A DNA stretch of 64,000 nucleotides from Vicinamibacteria bacterium (lineage in GTDB: Bacteria; Acidobacteriota; Vicinamibacteria; Vicinamibacterales; JAENWD01): positions 1,186,445 through 1,250,444 of the forward strand of contig CAWHTD010000016.1 in the NCBI GenBank assembly GCA_963832135.1, in the 5' to 3' direction. Below, piece after piece: positions 52,292 through 62,661 of this stretch. Position 1 is the stretch's first letter. Every line of letters starts with the position of its first letter. A program made the position numbers and the translations under genes. Under the pieces are notes generated by a model that saw only the letters and a list, made by a program, of their open reading frames with translations, searched no databases and was not told the origin of the DNA.

Positions 52292-53476
52292 TCAGACGCG
52301 TTCGACCACCATTGCGACGCCCATGCCGCCCCCGATACAGAGCGAGGCCACGCCGTACCGTGCGTTCCGCTGCTTCAGCACGTACAACAGCGTGGTGAGC
52401 ACGCGCGCACCGCTGGCGCCAATCGGATGACCGAGCGCGATGGCGCCGCCGTGCACGTTCACCCGCGCCGGATCGATGCCGAGCTCGCGGACCACGGCAA
52501 TCGCCTGCACCGCGAACGCTTCATTGAGCTCGAAGACATCGATCTGATCGAGCCGCAGTCCGGCGCGCTCCACAGCTCGTGTCACGGCGGGCACGGGCCC
52601 CATGCCCATGTACTTGGGCTCGACGCCGACCGTCGCGTAGGCGAGCACGCGCGCGAGGGGCGTCAACTGGTGACTGGCAACCCACGTCTCGGTTGCAACG
52701 ACGAGCGCGGCGGCGCCGTCGTTGATTCCCGAGGCGTTGCCGGCAGTCACCGTCCCTTCCTTTTGAAACGCCGGCTTCAGCGCGGCCAGCTTCTCGACCG
52801 TCGTCCCTGCTCGTGGGTACTCGTCGCGATCGACGCGAACGGCGGGTCCCTTCTTCTGCCGTATCTCGACCGGCACGATCTCGTCCACGAACGCTCCGTC
52901 GTTGATGGCGCGTTCCGCGCGTTGCTGGCTCTCGGCCGCGAGCGCGTCCTGTTCTGCCCGGCTGACATCGTACTTGGCGGCGACGGCCTCCGCGGTATTG
53001 CCCATGTGGCAGTGTTCAATGGCGCATGTCAGGCCCTCTGCCAGCATCGAATCGGTCACTTCGCCGTGGCCCATCCGGTAGCCCCAACGCGCGCCTTTCA
53101 GAAGATACGGCGCATTGCTCATCGACTCTGCCCCACCCGCCACAATCACATCGACGAAGCCGGCACGCACGCCCTCGACGGCATGCACGACCGCGGTCAG
53201 GCCAGAGCCACACACGCGGTTAACCGTCTCCGCGGGTACTTCGTGCGACAGTCCCGCCTGAAGCGCCGCCTGACGCGCCACGTTCATGCCGGCGCCTGCC
53301 TGGAGCACGCAGCCGAGAATGACCTCACCCACCGAGCCCGGCGGAACCTTTGCGCGCGCAATCGCCTCCCGGATGACGATCGCGCCGAGCTCAGGAGCGG
53401 TGACGTCTCTGAGCGCCCCGCCGAAGGCGCCAATCGGGGTGCGGCACGCAGAGAGAAGAACGGCTGAAGGATCCAT
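52292..53476 (-). CDS. atoB: Acetyl-CoA C-acetyltransferase (thiolase)
   Basis: [25 protein letters not shown]. Confidence 0.93.
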   Translation of the reverse strand: MDPSAVLLSACRTPIGAFGGALRDVTAPELGAIVIREAIARAKVPPGSVGEVILGCVLQAGAGMNVARQAALQAGLSHEVPAETVNRVCGSGLTAVVHAVEGVRAGFVDVIVAGGAESMSNAPYLLKGARWGYRMGHGEVTDSMLAEGLTCAIEHCHMGNTAEAVAAKYDVSRAEQDALAAESQQRAERAINDGAFVDEIVPVEIRQKKGPAVRVDRDEYPRAGTTVEKLAALKPAFQKEGTVTAGNASGINDGAAALVVATETWVASHQLTPLARVLAYATVGVEPKYMGMGPVPAVTRAVERAGLRLDQIDVFELNEAFAVQAIAVVRELGIDPARVNVHGGAIALGHPIGASGARVLTTLLYVLKQRNARYGVASLCIGGGMGVAMVVERV

Positions 53477-53515
53477 GCAGATATTGTACGGCGGCGCATG
53501 AAACGCCGTATCGTC

Positions 53516-53592
53516 GCGGGGCTAAAGCCCCGCCGCCACAGGCATTGGTCAGGCTGCAGGAGATGTTTGTGGCGGCGGGGCTTCAGCCCCGC
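53516..53592. repeat. Inverted REP pair GCGGGGCTnnAGCCCCGC
   Basis: 53516-53533 and 53575-53592, with GTGG feet facing inward. Confidence 0.85.
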
Positions 53593-53595
53593 GCG

Positions 53596-54243
53596 TTAGA
53601 ACACACCGGGCGTCGTGTCCACGATCAAGGGCGCGCCCGTCGCCGCACGCACGGCCTCCACGGTCGTGTCTGTTGCGATCTCCTTCAGGACGAGGCCGCG
53701 CTCTGCCACTTCGATCACGGCCATCTCGGTGACGATGAGATCGACGACACGCATGCCGGTCAATGGAAGCGAGCACTGCGCGAGAATCTTGTGACCACCA
53801 TCCTTGGTCGTGTGCTCCATCGCGACAATCACCCGTTTGGCGCCGGCGACGAGATCCATGGCGCCGCCCATGCCCTTCACCATTTTGCCGGGAATCATCC
53901 AGTTGGCGAGGTTGCCGGCTGCATCCACCTGGAGGGCGCCGAGCACCGTCACGTCGATGTGGCCGCCGCGCACCATGGCGAACGAATCGGCGGAGCTGAA
54001 ATACGACGAGCCGGGAAGCTCCGACACCGTCTCTTTCCCGGCGTTGATGAGATCGGGGTCGACCTCCGTGTCGAGGGGATAGGGCCCTACGCCAAGCATG
54101 CCGTTTTCCGAGTGCAGCGTGATGTCGATGCCAGGCTGCACGTGATTCGCGACCAGCGTCGGCATGCCGATCCCGAGATTCACGTAGTCGCCATCCTTCA
54201 GCTCGCGCGCGACGCGCGCCACGATTCGATCACGCTTATCCAT
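53596..54243 (-). CDS. scoB: 3-oxoacid CoA-transferase subunit B
   Basis: [20 protein letters not shown]. Confidence 0.93.
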   Translation of the reverse strand: MDKRDRIVARVARELKDGDYVNLGIGMPTLVANHVQPGIDITLHSENGMLGVGPYPLDTEVDPDLINAGKETVSELPGSSYFSSADSFAMVRGGHIDVTVLGALQVDAAGNLANWMIPGKMVKGMGGAMDLVAGAKRVIVAMEHTTKDGGHKILAQCSLPLTGMRVVDLIVTEMAVIEVAERGLVLKEIATDTTVEAVRAATGAPLIVDTTPGVF

Positions 54244-54937
54244 CGAGTCTCCGGACGGTGCGTTTCTCGACGCGCCGCTCGTAGGCCGCGCCCTGAAGGA
54301 TGTGGCGCACGAAGATGCCGGGCGTGTGCACGGCGTCTGGCTCGATCGCGCCCGGCTCCACGAGGTGCTCGACTTCGGCAATGGTCGTCGCGGCGGCGGT
54401 CGCCATCATCGGGTTGAAGTTCCGTGCGGTCTTCCGGAAGACCAGATTGCCGAGCCGATCACCCTTGAACGCGCGCACCAGTGCGAAATCGGCCTTGAGC
54501 GGGCGCTCCAGCACATAGTCGCGCCCGTCGATGGTCCGCGTCTCCTTACCCTCGGCGACGATGGTACCGAATCCGGTCGGCGTGAAAAAGCCGCCGATGC
54601 CCGCGCCGCCGGCTCGAATGCGCTCGGAGAATGTCCCCTGCGGCACGAGCTCCACTTCGAGCTCGCCGGCGAGATACTGCCGCTCGAACTCGCGGTTCTC
54701 TCCGACATAGGTCGCCACCATCTTCCGAATCTGCTTCGCCTTGAGCAGCTTCCCCAGTCCGAAGTCGTCGATGCCTGCGTTGTTGCTGATGACGGTCAGA
54801 TTCCGGGTGCCGAGCGCATGCAGGGCCGTGAGCAGGTTCTCGGGATTGCCGCACACGCCGAAGCCCCCGACCATGAGGGTCGCACCTTCCGGAATGAGGG
54901 CCACGGCCTCCACGGCCGAGGCGATCACCTTATTCAT
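54236..54937 (-). CDS. scoA: 3-oxoacid CoA-transferase subunit A
   Basis: GGFGVCG.P, PQGT..ERIRAGG. Confidence 0.93.
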   Translation of the reverse strand: MNKVIASAVEAVALIPEGATLMVGGFGVCGNPENLLTALHALGTRNLTVISNNAGIDDFGLGKLLKAKQIRKMVATYVGENREFERQYLAGELEVELVPQGTFSERIRAGGAGIGGFFTPTGFGTIVAEGKETRTIDGRDYVLERPLKADFALVRAFKGDRLGNLVFRKTARNFNPMMATAAATTIAEVEHLVEPGAIEPDAVHTPGIFVRHILQGAAYERRVEKRTVRRLDG

Positions 54938-54991
54938 GTGGAGAATTATGGATCGGGATTACATGGGATGACTTCAAGGCTTGATTTCATC

Positions 54992-55840
54992 TCACCGGAG
55001 CTTCGCCCTCCACTTCTGCGCCGACTCGAACAGCGGCTCGATCGACCGGCCGTCGGCGAGATCGGCGCGCACCTGCTGCAGTGTGTCGATCAAACGATCG
55101 AGCGCGGGCAGGAGTTCGTCGGCGTTGGTCGCGCAGATATCGGTCCAGATGCGCGCAGGACTTGCGGCCACACGTGTCGTGTCGGCGAGGCCACCACCAG
55201 ACACGTGCAGGCCCGCCTCGCCGACGGTCTGTCCGACCACGTGCATCAGCGCGCTGGCGGTCAACTGAGGCAGATGGCTGGTGAACGCGAGCAGACGATC
55301 GTGCGTGTCGGCGTCGATCTCCAGCGGACGGGCGCCGAGCGCACGGATGAACGCGGACAGCCGATTGACAATGGCCCGCGGTGTGTCGCCATCGGGCGTA
55401 AGAATCCAGGGCCGGCGCTCGAAGAGATCGGCTCGCGACGCCTCGATCCCGCCGCGTGCGGCGCCTGCCAGTGGATGGCCGCCGACGAAATCCGGCCGCG
55501 GGGTCAGACCTGCTGCGCGGCGCACGATCGCGCGCTTGGTGCTGCCGGTATCGGTCACGAGTGTGGACGTCGCGATGAGGTCGGGCAGCGAGGACAGGAT
55601 GTGCAGGTTGGCATGGACGGGCGCGGCGAGGACCACCAGATCCGCGCCGCGTACGGCGGCGAGCTCGGTGCTGGCTTCCGTCAACGCGCCCAACTGCCGC
55701 GCCGCCACCACCACATCGTCGGTATCGATGCCAATTACCGCCGCGTCGGGGAACACGCGGCGGACAGCAAACGCCACGGATCCGCCAACGAGGCCGACAC
55801 CGACGATCGCGATGCGACGAAAGTCGCCGTCAGCGGTCAC
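54992..55840 (-). CDS. tyrA: Prephenate/arogenate dehydrogenase
   Basis: GVGLVGGS, DTGSTK, GGHPLAG, SHLPQ. Confidence 0.92.
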   Translation of the reverse strand: MTADGDFRRIAIVGVGLVGGSVAFAVRRVFPDAAVIGIDTDDVVVAARQLGALTEASTELAAVRGADLVVLAAPVHANLHILSSLPDLIATSTLVTDTGSTKRAIVRRAAGLTPRPDFVGGHPLAGAARGGIEASRADLFERRPWILTPDGDTPRAIVNRLSAFIRALGARPLEIDADTHDRLLAFTSHLPQLTASALMHVVGQTVGEAGLHVSGGGLADTTRVAASPARIWTDICATNADELLPALDRLIDTLQQVRADLADGRSIEPLFESAQKWRAKLR

Positions 55841-55864
55841 AGATCAGGCGCCAATCGCCACCCC

Positions 55865-56911
55865 TCAGCTCCATCCCCTTCTCACCACAGGCTCCAGGCA
55901 AATCGTCCGCCCGATTGCCGGTGCGATGATACGCAATTCGGCCATCAGACGATCGAATTGGTGCGGGAACATCGACTGCGCGCCGTCGCTCAGCGCGTGG
56001 TCGGGGTCGCAGTGCACCTCGATGATGAGACCGTCTGCGCCAGCGGCGACCGAGGCGCGCGCCATCGGGGCGACTTTGTCTCGCCGTCCCGTCGCGTGGC
56101 TGGGGTCGGTGATGATCGGCAGGTGGCTGCGCTTCTTCACGACGGGGATGGCCGAGATGTCGAGGGTGTTCCGCGTGTAGCTTTCGAACGTCCGGATCCC
56201 GCGCTCGCAGAGAATCACCTGCGAGTTGCCGCCTGCGAGGATGTACTCGGCCGAGAGGAGCCATTCCTCGATGGTGGCGGCGATGCCGCGCTTGAGCAGC
56301 ACGGGCTTTCGCGCGCGGCCGAGCTCGCGCAGCAGCGTGAAATTCTGCATGTTGCGCGCGCCGAGCTGAAAGATGTCGCTGTACTTGTCGACAATCTCGA
56401 TCTGGCTGATGTCCATGACCTCCGACACGAGCTTCAGATCGTGCTGGTTCGACGCGGCGCGCAGCATCCGAAGACCGTCCTCGCCGAGGCCCTGGAAGCT
56501 GTACGGCGAGCTGCGCGGCTTGAACGCCCCACCGCGCAGAATCTTGGCGCCGGCCTTCTTCACCGCCGCGGCGGTGGTGTTGACCTGCTCTTCCGTTTCG
56601 GCCGAGCACGGTCCGGCCATCACGATCACCTCGTCGCCGCCGATTCGCACATCGCCGATCGTCACGACCGTGCCCTCGGGCTTGAACGCACGGCTCGCCA
56701 GCTTGTACGGCTCCGTGACCCGCAGCACTTCGGTGACCCCGTCGAGCATCTCGATCAGCCGCGGGTCCATCTGCCGGTCGTCCCCCACGGCGCCGAGAAC
56801 AGTCCGGCTCACGCCCGTCGATCGATGCACATCCATCCCCAGACCGACCAGATGGGCGACGACCTTCTCAATCTGGTCCTCGCTGGCCCGCTCCTGCATA
56901 ACAACCACCAT
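55865..56911 (-). CDS. aroF: DAHP synthase class I-beta with N-terminal ferredoxin-like regulatory domain
   Basis: AGPCS, RGGAFKPRSSPYSFQG, DPSHA. Confidence 0.95.
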   Translation of the reverse strand: MVVVMQERASEDQIEKVVAHLVGLGMDVHRSTGVSRTVLGAVGDDRQMDPRLIEMLDGVTEVLRVTEPYKLASRAFKPEGTVVTIGDVRIGGDEVIVMAGPCSAETEEQVNTTAAAVKKAGAKILRGGAFKPRSSPYSFQGLGEDGLRMLRAASNQHDLKLVSEVMDISQIEIVDKYSDIFQLGARNMQNFTLLRELGRARKPVLLKRGIAATIEEWLLSAEYILAGGNSQVILCERGIRTFESYTRNTLDISAIPVVKKRSHLPIITDPSHATGRRDKVAPMARASVAAGADGLIIEVHCDPDHALSDGAQSMFPHQFDRLMAELRIIAPAIGRTICLEPVVRRGWS

Positions 56912-56987
56912 GCCTCTAACCTCCAGCTCGTGCCGCCTCGCGCCGCTACCTGTCGGCCGCGGGACGTCCGCGCAGTTCTCGCTGCGT

Positions 56988-57314
56988 TCACGTGCCTGTC
57001 TCATCCGATCCTTTGTTCTTTACAGACTTGCTTTGCTCCGACGCCGACTCCCGTTCGAGGCGCCGCGCCTCGTCGATGATGCGCTCGAAGACCCTCGTGA
57101 GCGCCTCGGGCCCAAGCGGCCCGCCCGTCGCCGCGCCATGCGCGCGGACGTGGCCAAGCACCTCCGCCTCGCGATCGGGCTGGTAGACGTCGAGCCCGAG
57201 CCGGCGCTTGATGTCGCCGATGTGCATCGCGCAGGACGCGCGCTCGTTCAGCAGCTCGACGAGCCGCTCGTCTAGTGCGTCGATGCGCTGGCGCAGGTCG
57301 TCGAGCGCCTTCAC
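56988..57314 (-). CDS. Chorismate mutase (AroQ type)
   Basis: LDDLRQRIDALDERLVELLNER...PDRE..V. Confidence 0.9.
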   Translation of the reverse strand: MKALDDLRQRIDALDERLVELLNERASCAMHIGDIKRRLGLDVYQPDREAEVLGHVRAHGAATGGPLGPEALTRVFERIIDEARRLERESASEQSKSVKNKGSDETGT

Positions 57315-58144
57315 GCCACCTGCCCTGCCGCTGCGCCGAGGCGCTCCGGCTGGGGCCCAATGCCCTTCAGCCAGCGCACGTACGCTTCGACCGCCGGAAC
57401 GAGTCTCTCGCTGTCGCCCGCATCGGCAATCACCTGCACCAGTGCGCTTCCGACCACCGCCGCGTCGGCGGCCCGACCCACCTCGCGCACGTGATCCGGG
57501 TGCGAGATGCCGAACCCGAGTGCCACCGGCAACGTCGTCTCTCGCCGAATGCGTTCGGCGAGCTCCGTCGCGCCCGCCGCGACCGCCGCGCGGGCGCCGG
57601 TGACGCCAAGGCGTGAGATGCCATACAGAAAGCCTCGTCCAAGCTGCGCGGCTCGCCGGATGCGCTCTTCTGTTGTCGTCGGGCTCAACAGAAAAATCGT
57701 GTCCAGTCCATGTGCGTCGAACAGGCCGCGGCACTCGTCGGATTCCTCGATCGGCAGATCGAGAATCAGGACGCCATCGACGCCCGCCGCCGACGCACGC
57801 CGGGCGAACGCGGCGAGCCCCATCCGCACGAGAGGGTTTGCATACGTGAAGAGGACCATCGGCACGCTCAGCGACGATCGCACGTCGGCAACCAATCCAA
57901 TCACCGCCTCGAGCGTCGTGCCCTCTGCCAGCGCGCGCTCGGTCGCGCGTTGAATGACTGGACCGTCGGCGAGAGGATCCGAGAATGGCACGCCGAGCTC
58001 GATCAGGTCTGCACCGGCACGCTCGAGCGCGTAAAGGATGTCCTTCGTTCGCGCGAGGGTCGGATCTCCGGCGGTGACATACGCCACGAGGCCAGTTCGC
58101 TTCTCAACTTTCAATCGATCGAACGTCTGTGAGATACGTCCCAC
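57311..58144 (-). CDS. trpA: Tryptophan synthase alpha chain
   Basis: ELGVPFSDPLADGPVIQ, GFGIS. Confidence 0.97.
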   Translation of the reverse strand: MGRISQTFDRLKVEKRTGLVAYVTAGDPTLARTKDILYALERAGADLIELGVPFSDPLADGPVIQRATERALAEGTTLEAVIGLVADVRSSLSVPMVLFTYANPLVRMGLAAFARRASAAGVDGVLILDLPIEESDECRGLFDAHGLDTIFLLSPTTTEERIRRAAQLGRGFLYGISRLGVTGARAAVAAGATELAERIRRETTLPVALGFGISHPDHVREVGRAADAAVVGSALVQVIADAGDSERLVPAVEAYVRWLKGIGPQPERLGAAAGQVA

Positions 58145-58211
58145 GGTGTGCTCATCTTCTCCCGTACGAATTTCTCGGATGGACCCACACGGGACGCATT
58201 GCCATGCGCCC

Positions 58212-59450
58212 CTACAATCGGTGAGGGCTCTTGTGACGTGCGGCCTGCACGGTTGCCAAATCCTTATCGCCGCGACCCGACAGATTGACCAGCACAATGG
58301 CGTCCGCGGCCAGCTCTGCCGAGACGCGGGTCGCGTGTGCGACGGCATGCGAGGACTCGAGCGCCGGCAGAATCCCCTCCAGGCGCGCCAGTCGCCCAAA
58401 CGCTTCCAGCGCGTCATCGTCTGTCGCGTACGCGTATTCGGTCCGGCCCTGCTGGTGCAACCAGGCGTGCTCGGGACCCACGGCAGCATAGTCGAGGCCC
58501 GCCGAAATCGAGTGCGTGGGCTCGATGTTTCCGTGCACGTCTTGCAGTACCCAGGTCTTGGTCCCCTGGAGGATCCCGATGGCGCCGCCGGCGAATCGCG
58601 CCGCGTGGCGCCCCGGCCGAATGCCTTCTCCACCCGCCTCCACGCCGATGAGGCGGACGGCGCGGTCGTCGATGAAGGCGTCGAAGATGCCCATGGCGTT
58701 ACTGCCGCCGCCGACCGACGCGATCACCGCGTCCGGGAGCCGGCCCGTCTGCGCGAGCATCTGTGCGCGCGCCTCTTGTCCGATGACGGCTTGAAATTCG
58801 CGCACCATGAGCGGATACGGGTGTGGGCCGAGCACGCTGCCGAGCAGGTAGTACGTGTCGGCGACGTTGGTGACCCAGTCGCGCATCGCCTCGTTGATCG
58901 CATCTTTCAGTGTGCGGCTGCCGGAATCCACCTGGCGCACGGACGCGCCGAGCAACTCCATGCGGAGAACGTTGGGCGCCTGGCGGGCCATGTCGTCTGC
59001 GCCCATGTAAACGACGCACTCGAGACCAAGCAGCGCACACGCGGTCGCCGACGCGACGCCGTGCTGGCCGGCGCCGGTCTCTGCAACGATGCGGCGCTTG
59101 CCCATCCGGCGGGCGAGGAGCGCCTGGCCGAGCGCGTTGTTGATCTTGTGCGCCCCCGTGTGCGAGAGATCTTCGCGCTTCAGAAACACTCGGGCCCCAC
59201 CACTTGCGGCCGACAGGCGGCGGGCTTCATAGATCGGCGTCGGGCGGCCAACGAACGTCGCGAACAACTGCTCGAGCTCCGCGATGAATTCGTGATCCTG
59301 CCGCACGCCGAGGTAGGCCCGCTCGAGTTCCTCCACCGGGGCGACCAGCGTTTCCGGTACGAAGCGGCCGCCGAACGGGCCGAAGTAACCTCGCGCATCC
59401 GGATCACGCATGCCGAAGACGAGATGCCGCGCCACCTGCTCGACTGCCAC
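58212..59450 (-). CDS. trpB: Tryptophan synthase beta chain
   Basis: [27 protein letters not shown] (ATG 59411 is an alternative start). Confidence 0.97.
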   Translation of the reverse strand: MAVEQVARHLVFGMRDPDARGYFGPFGGRFVPETLVAPVEELERAYLGVRQDHEFIAELEQLFATFVGRPTPIYEARRLSAASGGARVFLKREDLSHTGAHKINNALGQALLARRMGKRRIVAETGAGQHGVASATACALLGLECVVYMGADDMARQAPNVLRMELLGASVRQVDSGSRTLKDAINEAMRDWVTNVADTYYLLGSVLGPHPYPLMVREFQAVIGQEARAQMLAQTGRLPDAVIASVGGGSNAMGIFDAFIDDRAVRLIGVEAGGEGIRPGRHAARFAGGAIGILQGTKTWVLQDVHGNIEPTHSISAGLDYAAVGPEHAWLHQQGRTEYAYATDDDALEAFGRLARLEGILPALESSHAVAHATRVSAELAADAIVLVNLSGRGDKDLATVQAARHKSPHRL

Positions 59451-60064
59451 TATGCCTCCACGCCGCGAAGCTCTTCGAACAGGGCTCGCAGCTTTTCGTG
59501 GTCCTTCACGCCTGGCGCACGCTCGACACCGGACGACACGTCGATGCCGTGAGGACGTACTCGAGCGATGGCGGCCGCGACGTTGTCGGGCCGCAGGCCA
59601 CCTGCCAGGATCACCTCATGACGGCTTGCCACGATGGCCGCCCGGTCCCAATCGATCGTGCGCCCGGTTCCCCCCTTTCGCACCGGATCGTGCGCATCGA
59701 GCAGGATTGGCATACCCTTCCACTCCGCGAGCGCATCATCGGTTGCGATCTCGGCCAGCGCGAGCGCCTTGATGACTCGCATGTGCAATGCAGAGGCGAA
59801 TGCGCGCGTTTCCCCGCCATGGAGCTGCACGGCGCTCAACCCCACTTCGCCGGCTGCTCGCTCAATCTCTTCCCGCTTCGCATCGACGAACACGCCGACG
59901 CGCCAGACTGCGGCGGGCAACGTCGCCGCAATCGCCGCCGCAGCGGCAGGCGACACCTGACGCGGGCTGCCGGGCCAGAACACGAACCCGATGGCGGTTG
60001 CGCCGAGCGACACGGCCATCGTTGCGTCTTCGGATCGCGTGATGCCGCAGATCTTCACGATCAC
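59450..60064 (-). CDS. trpF: Phosphoribosylanthranilate isomerase
   Basis: VKICGIT, QLHG, LAGGL.P.NV, DVSSGVE. Confidence 0.96.
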   Translation of the reverse strand: MIVKICGITRSEDATMAVSLGATAIGFVFWPGSPRQVSPAAAAAIAATLPAAVWRVGVFVDAKREEIERAAGEVGLSAVQLHGGETRAFASALHMRVIKALALAEIATDDALAEWKGMPILLDAHDPVRKGGTGRTIDWDRAAIVASRHEVILAGGLRPDNVAAAIARVRPHGIDVSSGVERAPGVKDHEKLRALFEELRGVEA

Positions 60065-60864
60065 GTGCGGGCTCCGCTTCCGAGCAGCGCCCGTAGGGCT
60101 GCGGCGGGGTCTGGTGCCGTCATGAAGCGCTCGCCGATAAGAAACGCCCGGTAGCCGGCGGCATGCAGGCGATCGAGATCTTCGGTGCTCTTCAAGCCGC
60201 TTTCGGCTACCGACACGACGTCGCGCGGGATACGCGTCGCAAGTCTTGACGATAGGTCGACATCGACCTCCAGCGTCCGCAGGTTTCTGTTGTTCACACC
60301 GATCAGATTGGCATCGCATTCCAGGGCGACTTCCAGCTCGCGCTCGTCGTGTACCTCGACCAGGACGTCCAACCCCACCGTACGAGCCTGTCCGAGCAGC
60401 CCGGCCAGCTGCTCGCGCTCGAGAGCCGCGACGATGAGCAGGATCGCGTCAGCGCCTGCGGCGCGAGCCTCCAGGACCTGATACGAATCGACGATGAAGT
60501 CCTTGCGCAGAAGCGGCAGGGACACGACCCGCCGGACGTCCTCGAGGTGCGCGAGAGCACCATCGAAAAACGCCGGCTCGGTCAGCACCGAAATCGCGGC
60601 AGCGCCTGCGGCTTCGTATCCCATCGCGATAGCCACTGGATCGTAGGAGCGACGGAGCACTCCGCGAGACGGCGACCGCCGCTTGCACTCGGCGACGACG
60701 TTGCGGCCCGGCGCCGCAAGACGATCACGGAATCCGCGCGCAGGCTGTATGGCCCCGATGGCGTCCTCGAGCGTCCTCTCGGTCACTCGTGCGCGCTGAA
60801 CGGTTACGCGCGCTCTCGTCGCAGAAACGATGGCCTTGAGCAGATCCGGCACCGCGACGCTCAT
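60061..60864 (-). CDS. trpC: Indole-3-glycerol phosphate synthase
   Basis: AECKRRSPS, LRKDFI, GVNNRNL. Confidence 0.96.
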   Translation of the reverse strand: MSVAVPDLLKAIVSATRARVTVQRARVTERTLEDAIGAIQPARGFRDRLAAPGRNVVAECKRRSPSRGVLRRSYDPVAIAMGYEAAGAAAISVLTEPAFFDGALAHLEDVRRVVSLPLLRKDFIVDSYQVLEARAAGADAILLIVAALEREQLAGLLGQARTVGLDVLVEVHDERELEVALECDANLIGVNNRNLRTLEVDVDLSSRLATRIPRDVVSVAESGLKSTEDLDRLHAAGYRAFLIGERFMTAPDPAAALRALLGSGART

Positions 60865-61892
60865 ATGGGCTGCTCCGTCGGCGCAGCCGCCGTGACGGCG
60901 ATAAGGCGTTGCAGGACCTCCCTGGCGCGCCCGCTTTCGATCGCGGTCCGGGCATCCACGATCCCCTGGCGAACGCTCTGCGCTCGACCCGAGACGAACA
61001 GCCCCGCTGCCGCATTGAGCGCCACGATGTCTGCCACCGGGCCGTCCTCACCGTCGAGCAGTCGTCCAATCGTCGACGCGTTGAAGGCGGCGTCGCCGCC
61101 GGCGATCGCCGACAGCGAGCTCTTTCTGATCCCGAAGTCACTCGGGTGCACATGAAACGTCCGAACGACGCCCGCATGCGCTTCGGAGATCTTCGTGTAG
61201 CCGCTCGTGGAAATCTCGTCGAGCCCGTCTGCGCCATGCACGACCCACGCACGCTCGGAGCCGAGAATCAACAGTGCACGGGCGAGCAGTTCGGTCAGCT
61301 CGGGACGCGGCACGCCAACAATCTGTCGACGAGGCTCGACCGGATTGGTCAGCGGTCCCAACAGGTTGAAGGCCGTTCTGAGGCCAAGCTCCCGACGCGT
61401 GGGGGCCGCATGCTTCATCGACGGGTGAAAGGCTGGCGCGAAGAGAAATGCCAGACCGACCTCGTTCAGGCTGCGCTCGGCAACGGCCGGTGACACAGAA
61501 ACGGTTACTCCGAGAGCCTCGAGCACGTCGGCGCTTCCGCAGCGGCTCGACGCCGCGCGGTTGCCGTGCTTTGCGATGGTCACGCCGCACGCCGCCATGA
61601 CGATGGCGGCGGCGGACGAGACGTTGATGGTTCCGGCGCCGTCACCACCGGTGCCGCACGTATCGAACGCGTCCGGGTACGGCCGCGACAGCTTCACCGA
61701 ATGTGCGCGCATCGTCTTTGCGAGGCCCACGATTTCTTCCGGACGCTCTCCTTTCATCGAGAGGCCCACGAGCAGGGCGGCAAGCTGTGCGGGCGTCGCA
61801 TGGCCCGTCATCACGAGCTCCATCGCCGCCGCCGCCTCGTCGGCGGTGAGGTCGGCCTGGCGTGTCAGCTTGCGCAGTAAATCGGTGAGCAC
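60861..61892 (-). CDS. trpD: Anthranilate phosphoribosyltransferase
   Basis: DTCGTGGDG, KHGNR, GLDE. Confidence 0.96.
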   Translation of the reverse strand: MLTDLLRKLTRQADLTADEAAAAMELVMTGHATPAQLAALLVGLSMKGERPEEIVGLAKTMRAHSVKLSRPYPDAFDTCGTGGDGAGTINVSSAAAIVMAACGVTIAKHGNRAASSRCGSADVLEALGVTVSVSPAVAERSLNEVGLAFLFAPAFHPSMKHAAPTRRELGLRTAFNLLGPLTNPVEPRRQIVGVPRPELTELLARALLILGSERAWVVHGADGLDEISTSGYTKISEAHAGVVRTFHVHPSDFGIRKSSLSAIAGGDAAFNASTIGRLLDGEDGPVADIVALNAAAGLFVSGRAQSVRQGIVDARTAIESGRAREVLQRLIAVTAAAPTEQPI

Positions 61893-61910
61893 AGGATCCT
61901 CGTCTGCTCC

Positions 61911-62480
61911 CTATTTCGTGTCCAGGAAGTTGCGGAGCATCGTACGGCCGTCGGCGGTCAGCACCGATTCAGGGTGAAACTGCACGCCGTGAACCGGGTG
62001 TGTGCGATGACGAACGCCCATGATGATGCCGTCGCTGCGCGTGCGAGCGCAGATTTCCAACTCCGCCGGAACGTCCTCATCCGCGACTACCAGCGAGTGA
62101 TACCGCGACGCTTCGAGCGGATTGGCGATTCCCGCAAACACACCACGTCCATCGTGCTCGATGACCGACGTCTTGCCGTGCATGGGCACCGGCGCGCGCA
62201 CGACGCGGCCACCGTAGACCATGCCAATCGCCTGATGTCCAAGACAGACGCCGAGCGTCGGGACCGTGGGCCCGAACCGTCGAATCAGCTCGCCCGTCAC
62301 CCCGGCATCCTCAGGCCGGCCCGGCCCAGGCGAAATGACAATGTGCGAGGGCTTCAGCTGAGCGACATCGTCCATCGTGACCCGATCGTTCCGCCGCACG
62401 ACCATCGTCGCGCCCAGTTCCCCGAGGTACTGGACCAGGTTATAGGTGAACGAATCGTAGTTATCCAGCACGAACACCAT
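61911..62480 (-). CDS. trpG: Anthranilate synthase component II (glutamine amidotransferase)
   Basis: DNYDSFTYNL, SPGPG, GVCLGHQ, QFHPES. Confidence 0.95.
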   Translation of the reverse strand: MVFVLDNYDSFTYNLVQYLGELGATMVVRRNDRVTMDDVAQLKPSHIVISPGPGRPEDAGVTGELIRRFGPTVPTLGVCLGHQAIGMVYGGRVVRAPVPMHGKTSVIEHDGRGVFAGIANPLEASRYHSLVVADEDVPAELEICARTRSDGIIMGVRHRTHPVHGVQFHPESVLTADGRTMLRNFLDTK

Positions 62481-62499
62481 TCGCGTTGCTATCCGTCGC

Positions 62500-62660
62500 G
62501 CGGGGCTAGAGCCCCGCCTCCACAAATGAATCCAGAGTTGCCACGGGCGCACGCAGTGCGCCCCGAGGTTCGCTCACAGTTCCTCGCTCACCGTTCGAAA
62601 TTCGTCGCTCGTCGCTCTATGTTCATCGTTCGTCGTTCATCGTTCGTCATTCGTCGTTCA
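62500..62660. repeat. Composite intergenic repeat: two REP families plus a heptamer array
   Basis: GCGGGGCTAGAGCCCCGC 62500-62517; GGGCGCACGCAGTGCGCCCC 62545-62564; (TTCRTCG)n about 62601-62660. Confidence 0.8.
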
Positions 62661-62661
62661 A

